DNA of 64,000 nt. Source: Ptychomitrium polyphyllum (Eukaryota). The position numbers were made by a program, and so were the translations under genes. The stretch lies in the NCBI GenBank assembly GCA_973851085.1, contig OZ316775.1:22506001-22570000 (forward strand), given 5' to 3'. Each line of letters begins with the position of its first letter. Position 1 is the stretch's first letter. Of this stretch, positions 13,405-26,957 are shown in pieces. Under the pieces are notes generated by a model. The model worked only from the letters and a program-made list of their open reading frames with translations, had not been told where the DNA came from and made no database searches.

Positions 13405-14534
13405 GCTGCTCACTAACAGAAGCCCTCTGATCTACTGCTGCAGCTGCAAGCTTCATGTTGCTCAGAAAAACATCACTACTTAGTCACCACTACCAACTCC
13501 ATCAACTCCGTGGCCCCATAGCTGCGGCAATGCGGAGTCCAGTGCCCAATTAGTGTGCATATGGACTTCCGAAACAGTTGAACACAATTAGTAAGATGAA
13601 TTAGCCAGTGAGCGTCTGAAAGCCATATTGGTGAGCGTGGGATGCAACTTGATGCCAGATCGGTGGAGCACGTGTCTGATTACTGTAAAAGGCGAAACTT
13701 TCTTCGTACAGATCTGGGATCTGTGTCCAAAATGTTCATATTGCCTGGTAACATGGGTCGGCGCTAGAGGCACTGCAGAACTGAACCCGGGATGAATTAG
13801 CTTTCCTATTTGAGTCTTGTTTTTGGGTGCGTTACTATAGGCGTTCCTTTTTCTTTCGTTTTTTGTTTTATCAGCAGAGTTTCATGATTTATATCTAAGA
13901 TTTTGTCGCAGTAAATAGCAGAAGAGTGTTCTTCAAGATAAGCTGGATCTACAGGATTATGGTAAGTATATTCTACCGTATTCATATGTACAATGCGGCT
14001 GTGATGTCACCGTGTTTTACAGAATATTCAGAAAGTACTGTACGGATCAGGGAAGATTTTCGTCGGCGTTCCAATTTATTGAACTGTTCAGAGCCTAGTT
14101 ATCAGTGTTCTAAAGTATTATTCCTGTATCAGTTAAATTCAGGTGTACAGTGTATTACTGGAGTTTGAGTTTTAACGATCAGTTCTCGCTCAATATGGGC
14201 AATGACGTGATCATCATTTCTACCTCATTTTCCCACATTCTTGCCTACGTAAAAAACATTCTGCACTTCACGCGTTCTAGCCAGAGGTATGCTCAATGTT
14301 TCAAAACTGTTGGAAATAGGTGCTGACGTTTAATAGTACTGATTAAACTATTATCACTTCTCGTTGAAGTAAGTTGGAACACTTAATGTTCCACCCTAGA
14401 CCAATATCTTTTGCTAACTGTACAAAGCTTTCAAGCATATAACTTCATGTATGTAAAGTGGTTTCGACGAACCTCACACTACCGAATCATGTTACAGGTC
14501 ATGAACAGCTCTTCATTACAGTAATGTAAAAAAA

Positions 14535-17500
14535 TCACAAACTGTTTGCATGAGTGCTTCGACATTCTAAACTGGTTTGAGGGAGATGTCCTTCAAGTCG
14601 CTCTGCATGGACTTTAAGTGCAGCAAGGTCTTGGTGCAAATCTTGAAGCCTTAGTTCTGTCAACACAATCTCTTCTTTGACGCGGCGCACCCTTCTTTCC
14701 AACCATCCAAGCGTTTCGTCCCTTTCAGGACCCCCACAACCACTTCTTGGCATGTTGAAAGCCTCGTTGCCATTGTATGCAACGGGCATAGGTTTCACAC
14801 TCGGAGACCACATTAGTGTAATTATAATTCCAACCTGTATTGCAATAAGAGAGAACTGCAATGTCAGACCATGAACCCGAACAACTAAGCGAAATCGACA
14901 GAAGATACAAAGGGCAGTTATTGGGACTTCAAAATTACTTTTGTCCAATCTCTTGTTCAGAAATTATTCAAGATTCGCATCCATTTAAACTCCGCTTTCC
15001 GTTTCTACTCACATTAGGAATAAACTACGAGATAAGACACCAAACTACGAACCAAAGGAGGGGAAGACTTAATTACCTGCATAGAAACAATAACCACTAT
15101 AACTGAAATGAACAGCACGAGCTTGATGTGCTTTTTTCCTGCTCTCCATTCTAACGCAGATAACTTCTTCGTAGCATTCCTTACAACAGAGGATGCTTTC
15201 ATTGCCCACTCCGGCCGCTTCTGGAGTTCCAGCGCCCCTTGACTGTATGGAGTTTTCTTTGCAGCACTGGTGTGAACGTTGTCAATGTTGTTCAACTCTT
15301 GGCATGTTTCTGAAGATAATTCAACATGGTCTTCATCGTCCACTTCATGCCCTGCGGCGTACAAGTACAGGGAGCGGAGCGTGACACTCGCCAACTTAGT
15401 GAAATGGACAATCTCACGCTTTGGCATTACAAGCTTCACATGACGCCCAAGCCCTTGCGGAAAAGAAGAATGAAGTAACTTCAGTTTGTGACGAGGAATA
15501 CTAAAGCAAATACCTGTAAGTGATTCTGTAGACTCGACTCCATCCTGATGCTTGGCAGCCAATGACTTCGTATTCTCTAGAACGCCTTGCGCCTAACAAA
15601 TTCCACCAGGACAATTTAGGATAGTGATACAACATATATTAAGCAATTACATTGTGAGCAGCATGCACATATATCTGGAAAAAGAAGATTCTGCAATGGT
15701 ATCAAAATTCAGTTGAAAGGTATTAGCAAGTGAAAGATGTAATTGTGTACCAGCTGAATCCACGTTTCGTATGTCTCTTTACTTCCATCGAAAGTTCCTT
15801 GCTCTATTTTGCCTACAAGCATGCATCACAACTAGATCAATCTCAAATGGATTGGAAGAAAATGTGTTGTCGTCACTCGCAAGAGTTACAAGAATTCGAT
15901 AAACGCGTGCATCCCAGCAGCAATGTCGAGTTAAACAAGCACCACTTACTCCTCCACATGGTCTTCTTGGTGAAGGTGACATCTATTGACACTCGCAAAA
16001 TACTATGACATGGGCCATTTCCATCCGGCCGCTTCACGTCCCATCTGACCTGTATTCGCCAAAAATCTAACAGTGTTTCAGCTCCAGCCGTCACCCATAG
16101 ACATTCTTTCTTGACAACTTCTTGTCAATCATATGCATAGTTTAAAATTACTTTAGACTGCAATTTTAGCATGTTAAAAATTAGTTTTCCCGTTCAATAA
16201 AATGAGTTGTTTTAATACTCCTTAAAAAGCAAACTTGGAATGATTTATGACATCAATGGTTTTTGTTGTTCCCAAAGTACTTGTAAAGTATACCTCCACA
16301 CGAAAATAGTCACCGTATGGTATGTCAGTCATCTGTTGTGATGTCTCTAGAACCATGTGACTGCCACATACAACCAAATAATGTGTGATATGAAAGGCTT
16401 AATGTTCTGCCAATTACATACGAATCTAAGATAAAATCAGTGAACAGTGGCAAACTCGCCTGAGACGATCTGCAAAATCATCATCTGATAACCTTTGGTA
16501 ATGAAAAAGAAACTGAAAGAAAAATGAATAGGAGGACACAAAGGTGCTGCTTCTTACTCATTCCTGTACACACGAAAGCGCTGTGCCTCGTGGCAGTATG
16601 TAGATTTTGGCCCTGAAAACCAAAGCATTCCACCAGGGAGCAACTTTAAGCTGATAAATTAGTTCCGTGTCATGACCCAGACTTCTAATGTAAAGCCAAC
16701 AGGTAAAAAACCAATACAGCATGCATTAAACACAGGCTAAAAAGCTTGCACAATATCTTGCATGACAGAACTCCTGATTTGCTATTGGACCAGAATAAAG
16801 ATTGTTAGCATCACCTATTAAAGTCCGATGCAAGAATTGATCTAGATAGGCACTTCATTTTTTTGAAACTGGACATACCAAAATAAAAATTAATGGGGTG
16901 TCGAAACGAGATGTCGCGTGCATGTCCGAATTGTCTGTGCTTGACCCACTGCGTACACCGGAAATCTGAGATCACGCCAAACCATGGCTTTTTTGTTAAC
17001 ACAAGTCTTCGTTTTTGAATTACAGAGGCTGCTTTTGCTGCCAATCCAAGATCCTTTCACTGAAATCACTCGATGGGTACAGAAGTAATCATTTGCTGCA
17101 TTCTTCTTGCACTATTCTACGCATGTATGAGGTACTCTAGCTGTCTGCAACACAAGGGTGACAAGTAGTATTGGTTGGAGAAGGCAGCATACCATCATCT
17201 CCACATTTGGTGTGAAAGTCCTTTGCAAATCCTATGCCTTCATTTGAGAAAAACAAATGGAAAAACCTCTCTACATCAACCTGAATATAGATAAACAACA
17301 TAACAAGTAACTCCCAGGCCATTACCAAATCAAGGGAAAGGAGAGACTCGATGTTAATCAATGAAACAGAATGATAACCTAGTTAATTAACATGAAGTTT
17401 CTCCTCCCAGAAAACTTGAATGTCAGAGGAAAACAGTATATCCAATATTGTTTTCGTGACCTTGCTGTATGGATAATTTAATGTCTTGTCTTTATCATGC

Positions 17501-20500
17501 AAAATACTTTATAGTGCCGCATAAATATCGAAGTGTGTGTAATAGGGACATAAGATAGTAGCAATGGCACTCGAAAAATCTTTCTCAGACCCCAAATTTT
17601 CACGATTTCAAACTTCAAAACTATGTAACCTGAGTACGTACGTACCCCAAGTAAATCACTAAGTCCTGATGAGTTGAACATATTGTTCAGGTGCAAGCTC
17701 GCCCCATAGGCGTCAAAGTGAACACAAACTCGCCGTGAAATCATGAAATACATTCATAGCTAAAACTATAGCAAGACAGACATCTATATGATTGATTTTC
17801 CTCAGAAAACAGAAATTTCAGAGGTGAAATTGGCATACCGAAAATTCAGCCTCCGCAACTGTTTTGTAACTGTCTGGCACTGCATTCTCGAACACCACAT
17901 AATGGGTCAGTTGAAAATCGTACCCAAGAAAGAAATGCCAATGACGAAATTCAGAAGATAACAAAAAGCAACGTACAGCAAAATCTACCTTCCTAAGAAG
18001 ATCAAAAGACTTCACAACAGTTCCACAATATTTTGTGACGTTCATTTGACCAAATATATAAGGTCAAAATAAGACGTGAAGCCCTAAGAGATAGATCACC
18101 AAGCTCGTCACAACCACCATAACACTTGATAAACGATGGGAAATAGTGTTAATAAAGATCGAGGGACTCTATGCTTCAGCATTAGCAACTTACGGACAAT
18201 CAAATGCAGCAGAGATCCGTGTAGCCAGGAGAGGAAAGAAAGGTCAATTCACATACATGAGGGAGCATCGCTATCTTCTATTTCCCAGATCGGAGTTTGC
18301 TGGCAAACACTGCTAGAACTACTGGTGGTCCCGTCATCTTCAAGCAAACGATGCCCTCCATCCTGCTCACTTAATGCATGAGACGATCCATGATCTACAG
18401 CTTCTGCAGATGCTGCAATTTTGGCAGCCATCTCATCCACCCTATGCACACACATCTCAATTACTACAATATTTATGATCTATTCGTACAGTCAGCAAAG
18501 TAAAAGAATGGCTATGGGATCAATCAGAAACGACGTATGCATATCCACATTCATGACAATAACGAATACATAAGATATGGTAAAAGAACAGCCACACTAA
18601 CGGGGTCCTACATTAATCCATTGAATTACATATTTATAGAAACTAACCTAGCAACCTATCACCTAGAAAATTTTCTCTTCTACCTGAGAGCTTGACAGAA
18701 TGTGTAGGTAGCTGGTCCCTTTATACACCACGTTTGCAGCAAATGAACTACACGGACTCTCCATTAATCGAGGCTAGATCATTCATGAAGAGGTACAGAT
18801 GTTGAGAGGTGCAAGTGGCACACACGCGGTTTGAAAAACGAGTAAACTGGCGAAAAGGTACTAAGTGCTGTCATGCGCTAGGTAGCCCCATGCCAAAAAT
18901 GATACTTTATCATATTAATTTTCCAACTAGACTAATTAAGATACAAGTGTACTTTAAGAATATCCAGAAATGCACAACGACATCATAAATTTACCTGCTT
19001 TCATAGTTTCCTCCTGCCTCAAGCCGTGTCATCAACAAAGGACTTTGCCAAGCATTTCGAGAATTTGCTCCATTATCTGCTTCAGACGTCCTAGATTGAG
19101 GACTCTGTCTCCAACAACAAGACCATCAGTTCTGCGAATCAACAAAAACAACTATAATCTCTTTGACATCATCTTGACGTAGTGTCAAATAGGTTACTCT
19201 GTGGCAATTATACATGCAGAGATGAAAAGCAGGACGAAAAGATGGATATGTTACACACTGGCTTATCCCTGTGTGCTTAAATAATCCTCAATGATCTAAC
19301 CAAATTGTCATTGAGCATACCATTGCAAGTGAAGCCAGAGGCCCTTGAGTATCAAGGAACAGCTTCGCATAACTGCTATGCTGAACCCAGCCATCGATGA
19401 TCAAGCGGAACGCTTCATCACGAGAGAGAAAAGATGCAAAAAAGTGCTGCAAAAGGACAAGACCGAATTGCTTTCAGTTCTTAAGCACATATCGTAGGAA
19501 ACTCAACTAAGGCAGTTTGTGGAGCAGACCAACAAGACCATCCATTCAGAGATATACTGTGGTATTGAATCATGAAATGATAACAGGGATCAGTATGCAA
19601 CAAAAATCACATAAAGACAGCAGGGATGCATCGCAAATAAATAATCCAGTTAGAAGAATGCTAAGGGCCTGAAGAGATTATTTGCCCGACACCAAGACGA
19701 TGGGACACCATACCATATAAACCAAAACCTCTTTAAATAAACACTAATACAGCTCTTCTAAAATTATGAACGAAATACCTTTTTCTCGATGGCTATATTT
19801 TTCTTTGAAGAGACTACCTCGATGGCATTTGGAAAGACACTGGCTGTCCTAGCCTTCCGCACACAAGTAACATCCTTAAGTGGAATTATTTTCTGCCAAT
19901 TGGATGTCCAATTCAAGGTCAAGAAGAGCAGTGTACAAGTTTCAAAACTTCCAATTCTGCTTCGTAAACTTATCGAGAAAACTGCCCAGATGTTAAGAGA
20001 ATGAATCTGAGAAACTGAAAGCCTGATACGACGTCCAATTTCAGCTGAGACAGTTACAGGCACATGTTTCCACTTCGGGAGTAAAGCGAACAGGTAAGTA
20101 TCAGCAACTTCGCGAATACCTTCTTTTCATAACCAAATATGTTGGAGTAAAAACACACGTAACGTTCAAAGAGGTACATATGACCCTGTTTCCCAACAAC
20201 CCACCATTGCAGATAAGAACCATGAACTTACAAAGCAGAAATGTTGCATCAACAAGGCATTGAAGAAACCATAACCAACCTAAAAGTATCACAGGGTGAC
20301 GACAGAACCTAATTTCCATCCTGTAAGGGTTCTCAGTCGATTGACCAACATCTTTCATACCCAGAACAGAAATAAGGAAGCATATCATGAGAACACAAGG
20401 TCATTATGACTTAATGAAGATTATAGCAGCTCAGCTCTCGGCGCTCAGAAAGAACAAACCTGAAGTAATATTTTCTTCTGAAGCGCACAATTAAAGTCCG

Positions 20501-21537
20501 CAATCAACGACTGCAAAACAGGGCCACGCAGCTGCATCATTATTCCTTTCGTCTCCTACTTCTAACATGTATCGAGATCTATGCGAATGCAGACATTTTT
20601 CCTTTGTACAACAACAGAAGATGTAAGACTTGGACTGACGCACCTCCTCAGGAGGTAAGCGAAATAGCTGTCGGTACTCCTCGCTCTTCAGCGTTTTCTG
20701 ATTCTGCAAAAGAAAAAACAAATTGAAGTATAAGCATTAGATACCGCCTCTAGCACCTGAAAGAAATGAAGAGGAAATACCAGAGTCAAATATTGTCAAA
20801 ACGACAATTAAAGAGGTTCCAAGGAGTCTTACGAGAGCTATCGCAACTCTCCTGTCATCAAGAACAACATGGAGATCAAGAATTCTCAACCCACAAACCC
20901 TAAACCTCGCCAAGAAATCCCAGAAAACAAAATGTGCAACCAGCAAGGAACACAATCCAAGCCAATCTCAGAATAGACACACAGAGTAGGATCCACTGCA
21001 CTAAGGCATGAGCAGGAAAGAAGATTTAGCGATTCCAACACACAAACCAAATTGAATTCTACCCTCGACTAACCATGCACAACATTAAATTCCCGGAGCC
21101 TCATTCAAGTGCGCCTAGAAAATGAAAGCCGGAATTCCAACCCCCTAAAACTGTGCACGAAACTCCAAACCCCACGTTCATTTCTCTCGTCCTAATCGCA
21201 CTTAACCGCATCACCAAAAAAATCTCACCATCGTAGGTCGCTGTGTATCTCAAAAACTAACAATAACAAACTCACTCAATCCATCGACACACTTCCACCG
21301 ATCAGAAACAAAGCCCACACCACAAAGGCCTTTACTAAAAAAGAGTTAATCAATCGCACCCACCCCAAGAACACGTCCAGATCCCATCGACCCAACTCGT
21401 ACAACTATTGAGCAAGGAAAGTAGAGGAAATTGGCCAACTGAGACACAGCAAAGAAGAAAAGCAAGTGAGCTCAGTGAGTTACCTGCAGAGCGGCCTCGT
21501 CCTCCACGGCCACGGCGCCATCCTTGCTGCCGGCCAT
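14535..21537 (-). CDS. VAD1: GRAM + VASt domain membrane protein, VASCULAR ASSOCIATED DEATH 1-like (multi-exon)
   Basis: First exon MAGSKDGAVAVEDEAALQ (21537-21484). GRAM motifs KSEEYRQLFRLPPEE, GHMYLFERYVCFYSNIFGYEK, KIIPLKDVTCVRKARTASVFPNAIE, FFASFLSRDEAF. VASt segments GHARDISFRHP and VTFTKKTMWRSK. C-terminal TM and coiled coil WLERRVRRVKEE..LQDLHQDLAALK. Confidence 0.9.
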
Positions 21538-24500
21538 GGCATGCGCGACTTCGCTGCCAACTGAACGTGACGATCGATTGTAATCCACTGAGTTATGAGA
21601 AAAACTGCAAAGACATCACTGACATGGGTTCAGCTTATCGGATCGAACGTATTGACCCAAAAGAGAAGGCAACATTGCATACTTCTTCGCATTCAAGCTT
21701 CAACAGGAAGCGTGCAGCCTGCCTTTCCAGGCACCTCGCCTGAGTATCACTTGGGCATCATATCAGCACCATCCGGGTGTCGCCTGAGTAGCCTGTACAT
21801 GTCAACCGAGAATCGGACAAACTCCTGTTTAAGCATGTTTCTTCGCATGTTTTTCGACATGTAAAACCTGGATGACTATCTGCAGGACTACATGAGAACT
21901 CTACCTTGAGGAATAGGTTTCTGAACTATGTACTCCTCTGAATCATCTTTGAGCGTTGATAACCCTTTCACAGTACGAGACTGATATCGTTGGAGTTCCG
22001 TGCACAGTGCAATCCCACCGACTTCTGCCAACCTACGTTGGAGTTTGGAACGCAGCTTAGCCGTTGCTTACAATCAATACCCGCTTTGGGAAAATTTGCA
22101 ACAACCTTAAAACGCCCACTTGCATTTGCACGACCTTAACCGGGCTACTGAGCGGTCCTCTTGGATGCACGTAGATCGGCATCCCATTTTCCATCGCCAA
22201 CACGAATGATATCTTATACATGGGCTTCAACCCATCCGGAACAGACAACTGAAGCTGGTCCACTAGGGCCGCGGTGAGCTTCATCACCGCAACGCCCACC
22301 ACTTTGACGCAACATATCTGAAGGCCCGCTTGGAACACCGTGAAGGAGGAGCACTCAACTCAGGAACAGAGACACCATCCTTGAGCCTTCTCTCAGGTTG
22401 TCCTCATTGCAGGAAGTCAGGACCCCACACAGCTTCCAGCTTCTCCACTCAGTCCGCACAAGGATGGAAGCCAACCATACCCTCTATCCCCACCCTCGCA
22501 CCATCTGACCACACTGTCATTCTTTCTTTGCCACTTTGAGGCCGCATGGCATGGATCCCATTCACCATCATGGATTCAAAGGACCCAACCCTCCGGCAAC
22601 GCATAGGACTCCGAAGCTCCTCAAACGACAAGTGCTGTGATCCAGAAGCACCGACTGAGAGTGGCACAACAGTCACTGTGTCTCACTCAACTCCACAAAA
22701 TCCTTCACTGCAACTCACATGTTTCATGTTTCTCACTCGCACCTGAGCAAGAGGATTGCATTGCAATGAGACGATCTTCCATCTCATTCTCATGCGCAGT
22801 TGCATTTAAGTTTTCACCGAGTTTGGACTTCTTAGATGACTTTTGGACTACCATTCCAGAAGAGTTAGGGCGTCTGTTTAAGGGCATTACAAGCAATCAC
22901 CAGATGGCGGTGATGCCCAAAGTTTGACGCCACAACTTTGTTCGAAGGGAGTATATTTCCATGCATTGAATGGTCCAAAGTTTAATTGCACAACAAATGC
23001 TTGTTGGAGTTGCTGCTTGCAACCTTTTGATGTATTCAACATGGTTTCTAGTACAATCTTCTTGTGTACACACAATCGGTTTTAGTAGCATATGTAAATC
23101 TTCTAGTGATCTTTAGATAGGAGTTCAAAAGACGTTCAATATTCGAGAAATCTTATCTTTCTTTCTAATATAAGTAAAAATCTATAGAATTAATGTTTTT
23201 TTATAAAACTACATAAGCAAAGAGAAAATCTTGTCTTCACTAATTTCTTCTCATGTTATGATTTAAGGTAAGATCATAAATTTCCAATCTTACAACTATT
23301 TTCATTTGAACTTTTATACTTGAATTTAAATATTTGTAATTGTAATCAATCTTAGGTATCTACATCTATTGAGATATTTGATAAAGCATACATTTTATAT
23401 TATTAAAGTTAGTTCCCTTCAAATTTCTTATCTAATAACAAAAACAAACTAATTTTCATTATGGATTAGACATCCAATGCATTTTGAATACTTGGATAGA
23501 ACTTAGTGCAAGCTATTCAAATTAAAAGTAGTTATAGGATGATTTACGTGTGTCAATTCTATCCACCTATATTTATTAGATGTAATCAAAACCTACACAA
23601 ACTACAATTACATTAAAAAATACCATGATATCATATCAAGGCATGTTTGATAAAACAACGATGATATTTGGATGATATATTATGATAACATATCAATACC
23701 CAATTTATATTTCATTAATACAGGGGTCATACTTGGGTACCTGTAGCAAATCAAAACTGGTAAAAAGGAGGTCCTTAACCCTACACCCTACAGTGAAGAA
23801 TCTTATGTAATCTTGTCTACTTGCCAAAATACCTGCTTGAATATCATCAGGGTTTCACACAAATATCATCCCAAAAGTGCAATGCACGTAGTAAGCAAAT
23901 GATCTGCTGTTCACACACAAGGAGACTCGATTGTCTACTTTTTCCAAGAGTGTTACTTCGATATCACATCAGTATGACCATGGTATCAGTGAAATGAAAA
24001 GGAAAATGGAAACAGTGAACTCTGGTGGGCTTGTTGTCGTGCAGAGCTTGACAATGTGTGCGATTGCGCCTCATAACCATCGGGACCGTCTGAGTCAAAC
24101 TAGCACATTGCACACTCAAATATATCCAGAGTAGGTTCCATGACATTGTCAATCTTCCCAGTTGGAGAAGACAAGTTTTCAGCATTTGCTGGAACACCAC
24201 TGGATGTGGCCACAGGTGCCCCTTCAGCTTGGTCCTGCACAGATTGCATAAAACTGGGACTTAGTATCCATTTTCCGAGGAAAGAAGAACTCTAGTCCCT
24301 TTTATAAGGTTCATATCATGATTCACTATTATTTTTCCCTTTTATAATCATGTGCTTGTCTGCTTCAGGTTAGGCTTACCACAGTCGAGTTTTCTGCATA
24401 TGGGAACAGACAATAAAGTTATATGTGAAATTTTGCAAAACATATTTTGAAGATTCATTTTCGCCACAAGCTAACATGTATTTTATTGTATGCTTAGGCA

Positions 24501-26454
24501 AACCAATGAGGGCGTCTACAATGTCAAGTCATGATTGGGAAGCGTCAAACTTTAGACCTCCACAAAAACTAGCTTAACTCCCCAAAACTAACCAACCTAC
24601 TCAAAACCAGCCCTTGGTTTGTCCAAAGTGCCAAAAGCTGCCTCAACCATTGTGCCAAACCGGTAGAATTGTAAAAGCATGGCAGTAGACTCTAACTTCT
24701 CATAAATACTTGGCCGTAATGAGAAAATCTCATGAGTTTATTATACTCCTCTGGAATGACAGCTTATTCCCACGACTTTGCCAAGTCCACGAAGTTGTTC
24801 AGACAAAGACAATTGCATCCACATATGCCCAAAGACAATACGCTCATAAATTTCCCTTCACTGTTGAAGAGCATAGTGTTGCTGCACCACACCTCCAATC
24901 TGACTGTGAGGATGTACGTGTGTAGGCTAACATCTGAGTCCATATTCCTTGTAAATTGGTGACTTGGACTAGGAAAAGCAGCAAAAATCAAGTACCGCAG
25001 TTCACAAATCTGCATCAGAAGACATCAATCAACATAAAGCCCAAGTTGATGAGAAGAGCCTCAGTATGTGCGCAAAGACGACACTGTGTCTCAAGCTTCA
25101 GGATATCCTGTCTTCATCTCCCGGTTTTCTTCTTCACTAAAGCCATCAAATAGGCAGAGGAATGAAGGATAATCAGGTATCTATTAGGGATAAGGATGTA
25201 GAGGATACTTCTCTACGTAAGTGAAAGCCTTGGCCACTTTCAAAATTTCGACTCTCTCATCTACCACAAAACTTTTGTGAGCCTAAACAATCATATCGAA
25301 ACCGTTGAAGTGGTATCATGAAGAATCAGCGCCGCAGCAGCCTCCAGCTTGCCTAAATTTCTATCATTGCTTGACGTAGAACATGCCAAAAGTACAACCT
25401 ACTGACAACAACGAGGGCAGTTCGATGGAGAAGGCCAGAACGCAACAAACTCGATTGGAGAAGCTAATGCGAAAGAGACAATCATCTGAAAAGTTGCATG
25501 AAAACCTGAAGCAAGCCGGGGAGTTGAGAGCCGCAAGCTGCCTCCGAGCGACAGAGTGCTCCATGCCTTCAAATCACACCCTCACGGAGCACTCAGAATA
25601 GAAGCAAACTAATCTCTAAGGAGTCGTCATTGTGGCGAGAGATGAAGTTCTCCACAGCGAGAACAGCTTTCGAATTCACGGGCGCTTAAGAACATTGACG
25701 AGATTTCAGATTGTGGCGCAGAAAGGAGGATCATGGATGACCATTTTCGATCCCGCAGCGGAGTAATCTCTAAATCAGATGGCATCAAAGCAACTTTGGC
25801 GTGAAAACACCTGCTTAGAGTAGCGACTGATGGCGTTTCAGCTACATGTCGCTATTGTTAATCACGTCCTATCACAGACAGGCGACCGATTGAGGTGATC
25901 GTGCAGGGGAAACTTGCATTTGACAATATGACATCTTTACCAATCAGATGCCAACTAGTAACAATTCACATATGCATAGCAACTGTACTGGCGCGTCATG
26001 GGTGCAAACATACTAGAGACTGATGATTCACCTTTCTGGTAATCCGCTACTAGCTGATGGTGGTTGTGTGACACGAATCTTGCAGTGAAGATGACTCTAT
26101 ACCGCGAGATCCTGGATCCAGTAGTATATCCAGGATCTCTAGCAAATGCCACTGGTCACCCTTGATTCCCTGCTTCATTTCATGTAAAACTGCATTTGGT
26201 ATTTCTGATAATAGTGGCGAAGTAGGTCTTGTTCTGAGACTATTAACCTCAAAGCCATCCACCATTACCTAGTTCGTGATTTCAAAATGCTTTGTAATGA
26301 AAAGGACTGGATATAAATGCAGCGGCGTGACTAGGGCTATATCTCTCCACAAGGTTAGTTCATGAAAGGTACACTGCAGTCTTTTCATCTGATGCAATCG
26401 TTTCCCTGAGAATCAAAGACGGTGATTTAACATCGACCTAGATATGGCTATTGA

Positions 26455-26596
26455 CAACACTTCAACCCCATGCTCAAACAATACTTCAAACAGCGCATCA
26501 AACAATACTTCAATCAGAACCTAAAATAATAGTCCAACCAGTGCATGCTCAACCAATACCTCAACCGATACATCAAACAATACTTCAACCACATGC
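26455..26596. repeat. Degenerate ~12-bp tandem repeats (TCAAACAATACT-like)
   Basis: Repeated tcaaacaatact / tcaaccaatacc / tcaaccgataca units in two blocks downstream of the DWNN gene. Confidence 0.6.
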
Positions 26597-26957
26597 TCTT
26601 CATATAAATAAAGTATTTACAAAATTTTGAAATTTATATAATTAAATCCAGTTGAGATTATTTACAAATGTACAATAGATAATGTACACCTAAACTTTTT
26701 CAGATGTGATAGTTTCACCCATGCCTAGCATGCCTTTGTACTACAATGTATACCTGGAAAATGCAAACTACCATGGAATCATGCTAAGTTGCTGTAACTG
26801 TGAAAAATTATTCGATCAACTTGCTTTGTTGTGCTTTTCCGAGATGATAACTGCTTTGATGAGGCTGCATTTGGACGTTTGATGAATTGTAAGTGGTCAA
26901 GTGAGGTCAACATCGGGCTTGATTGCACTCAAGTCATTGCTACAACTTCGAAGAAAC

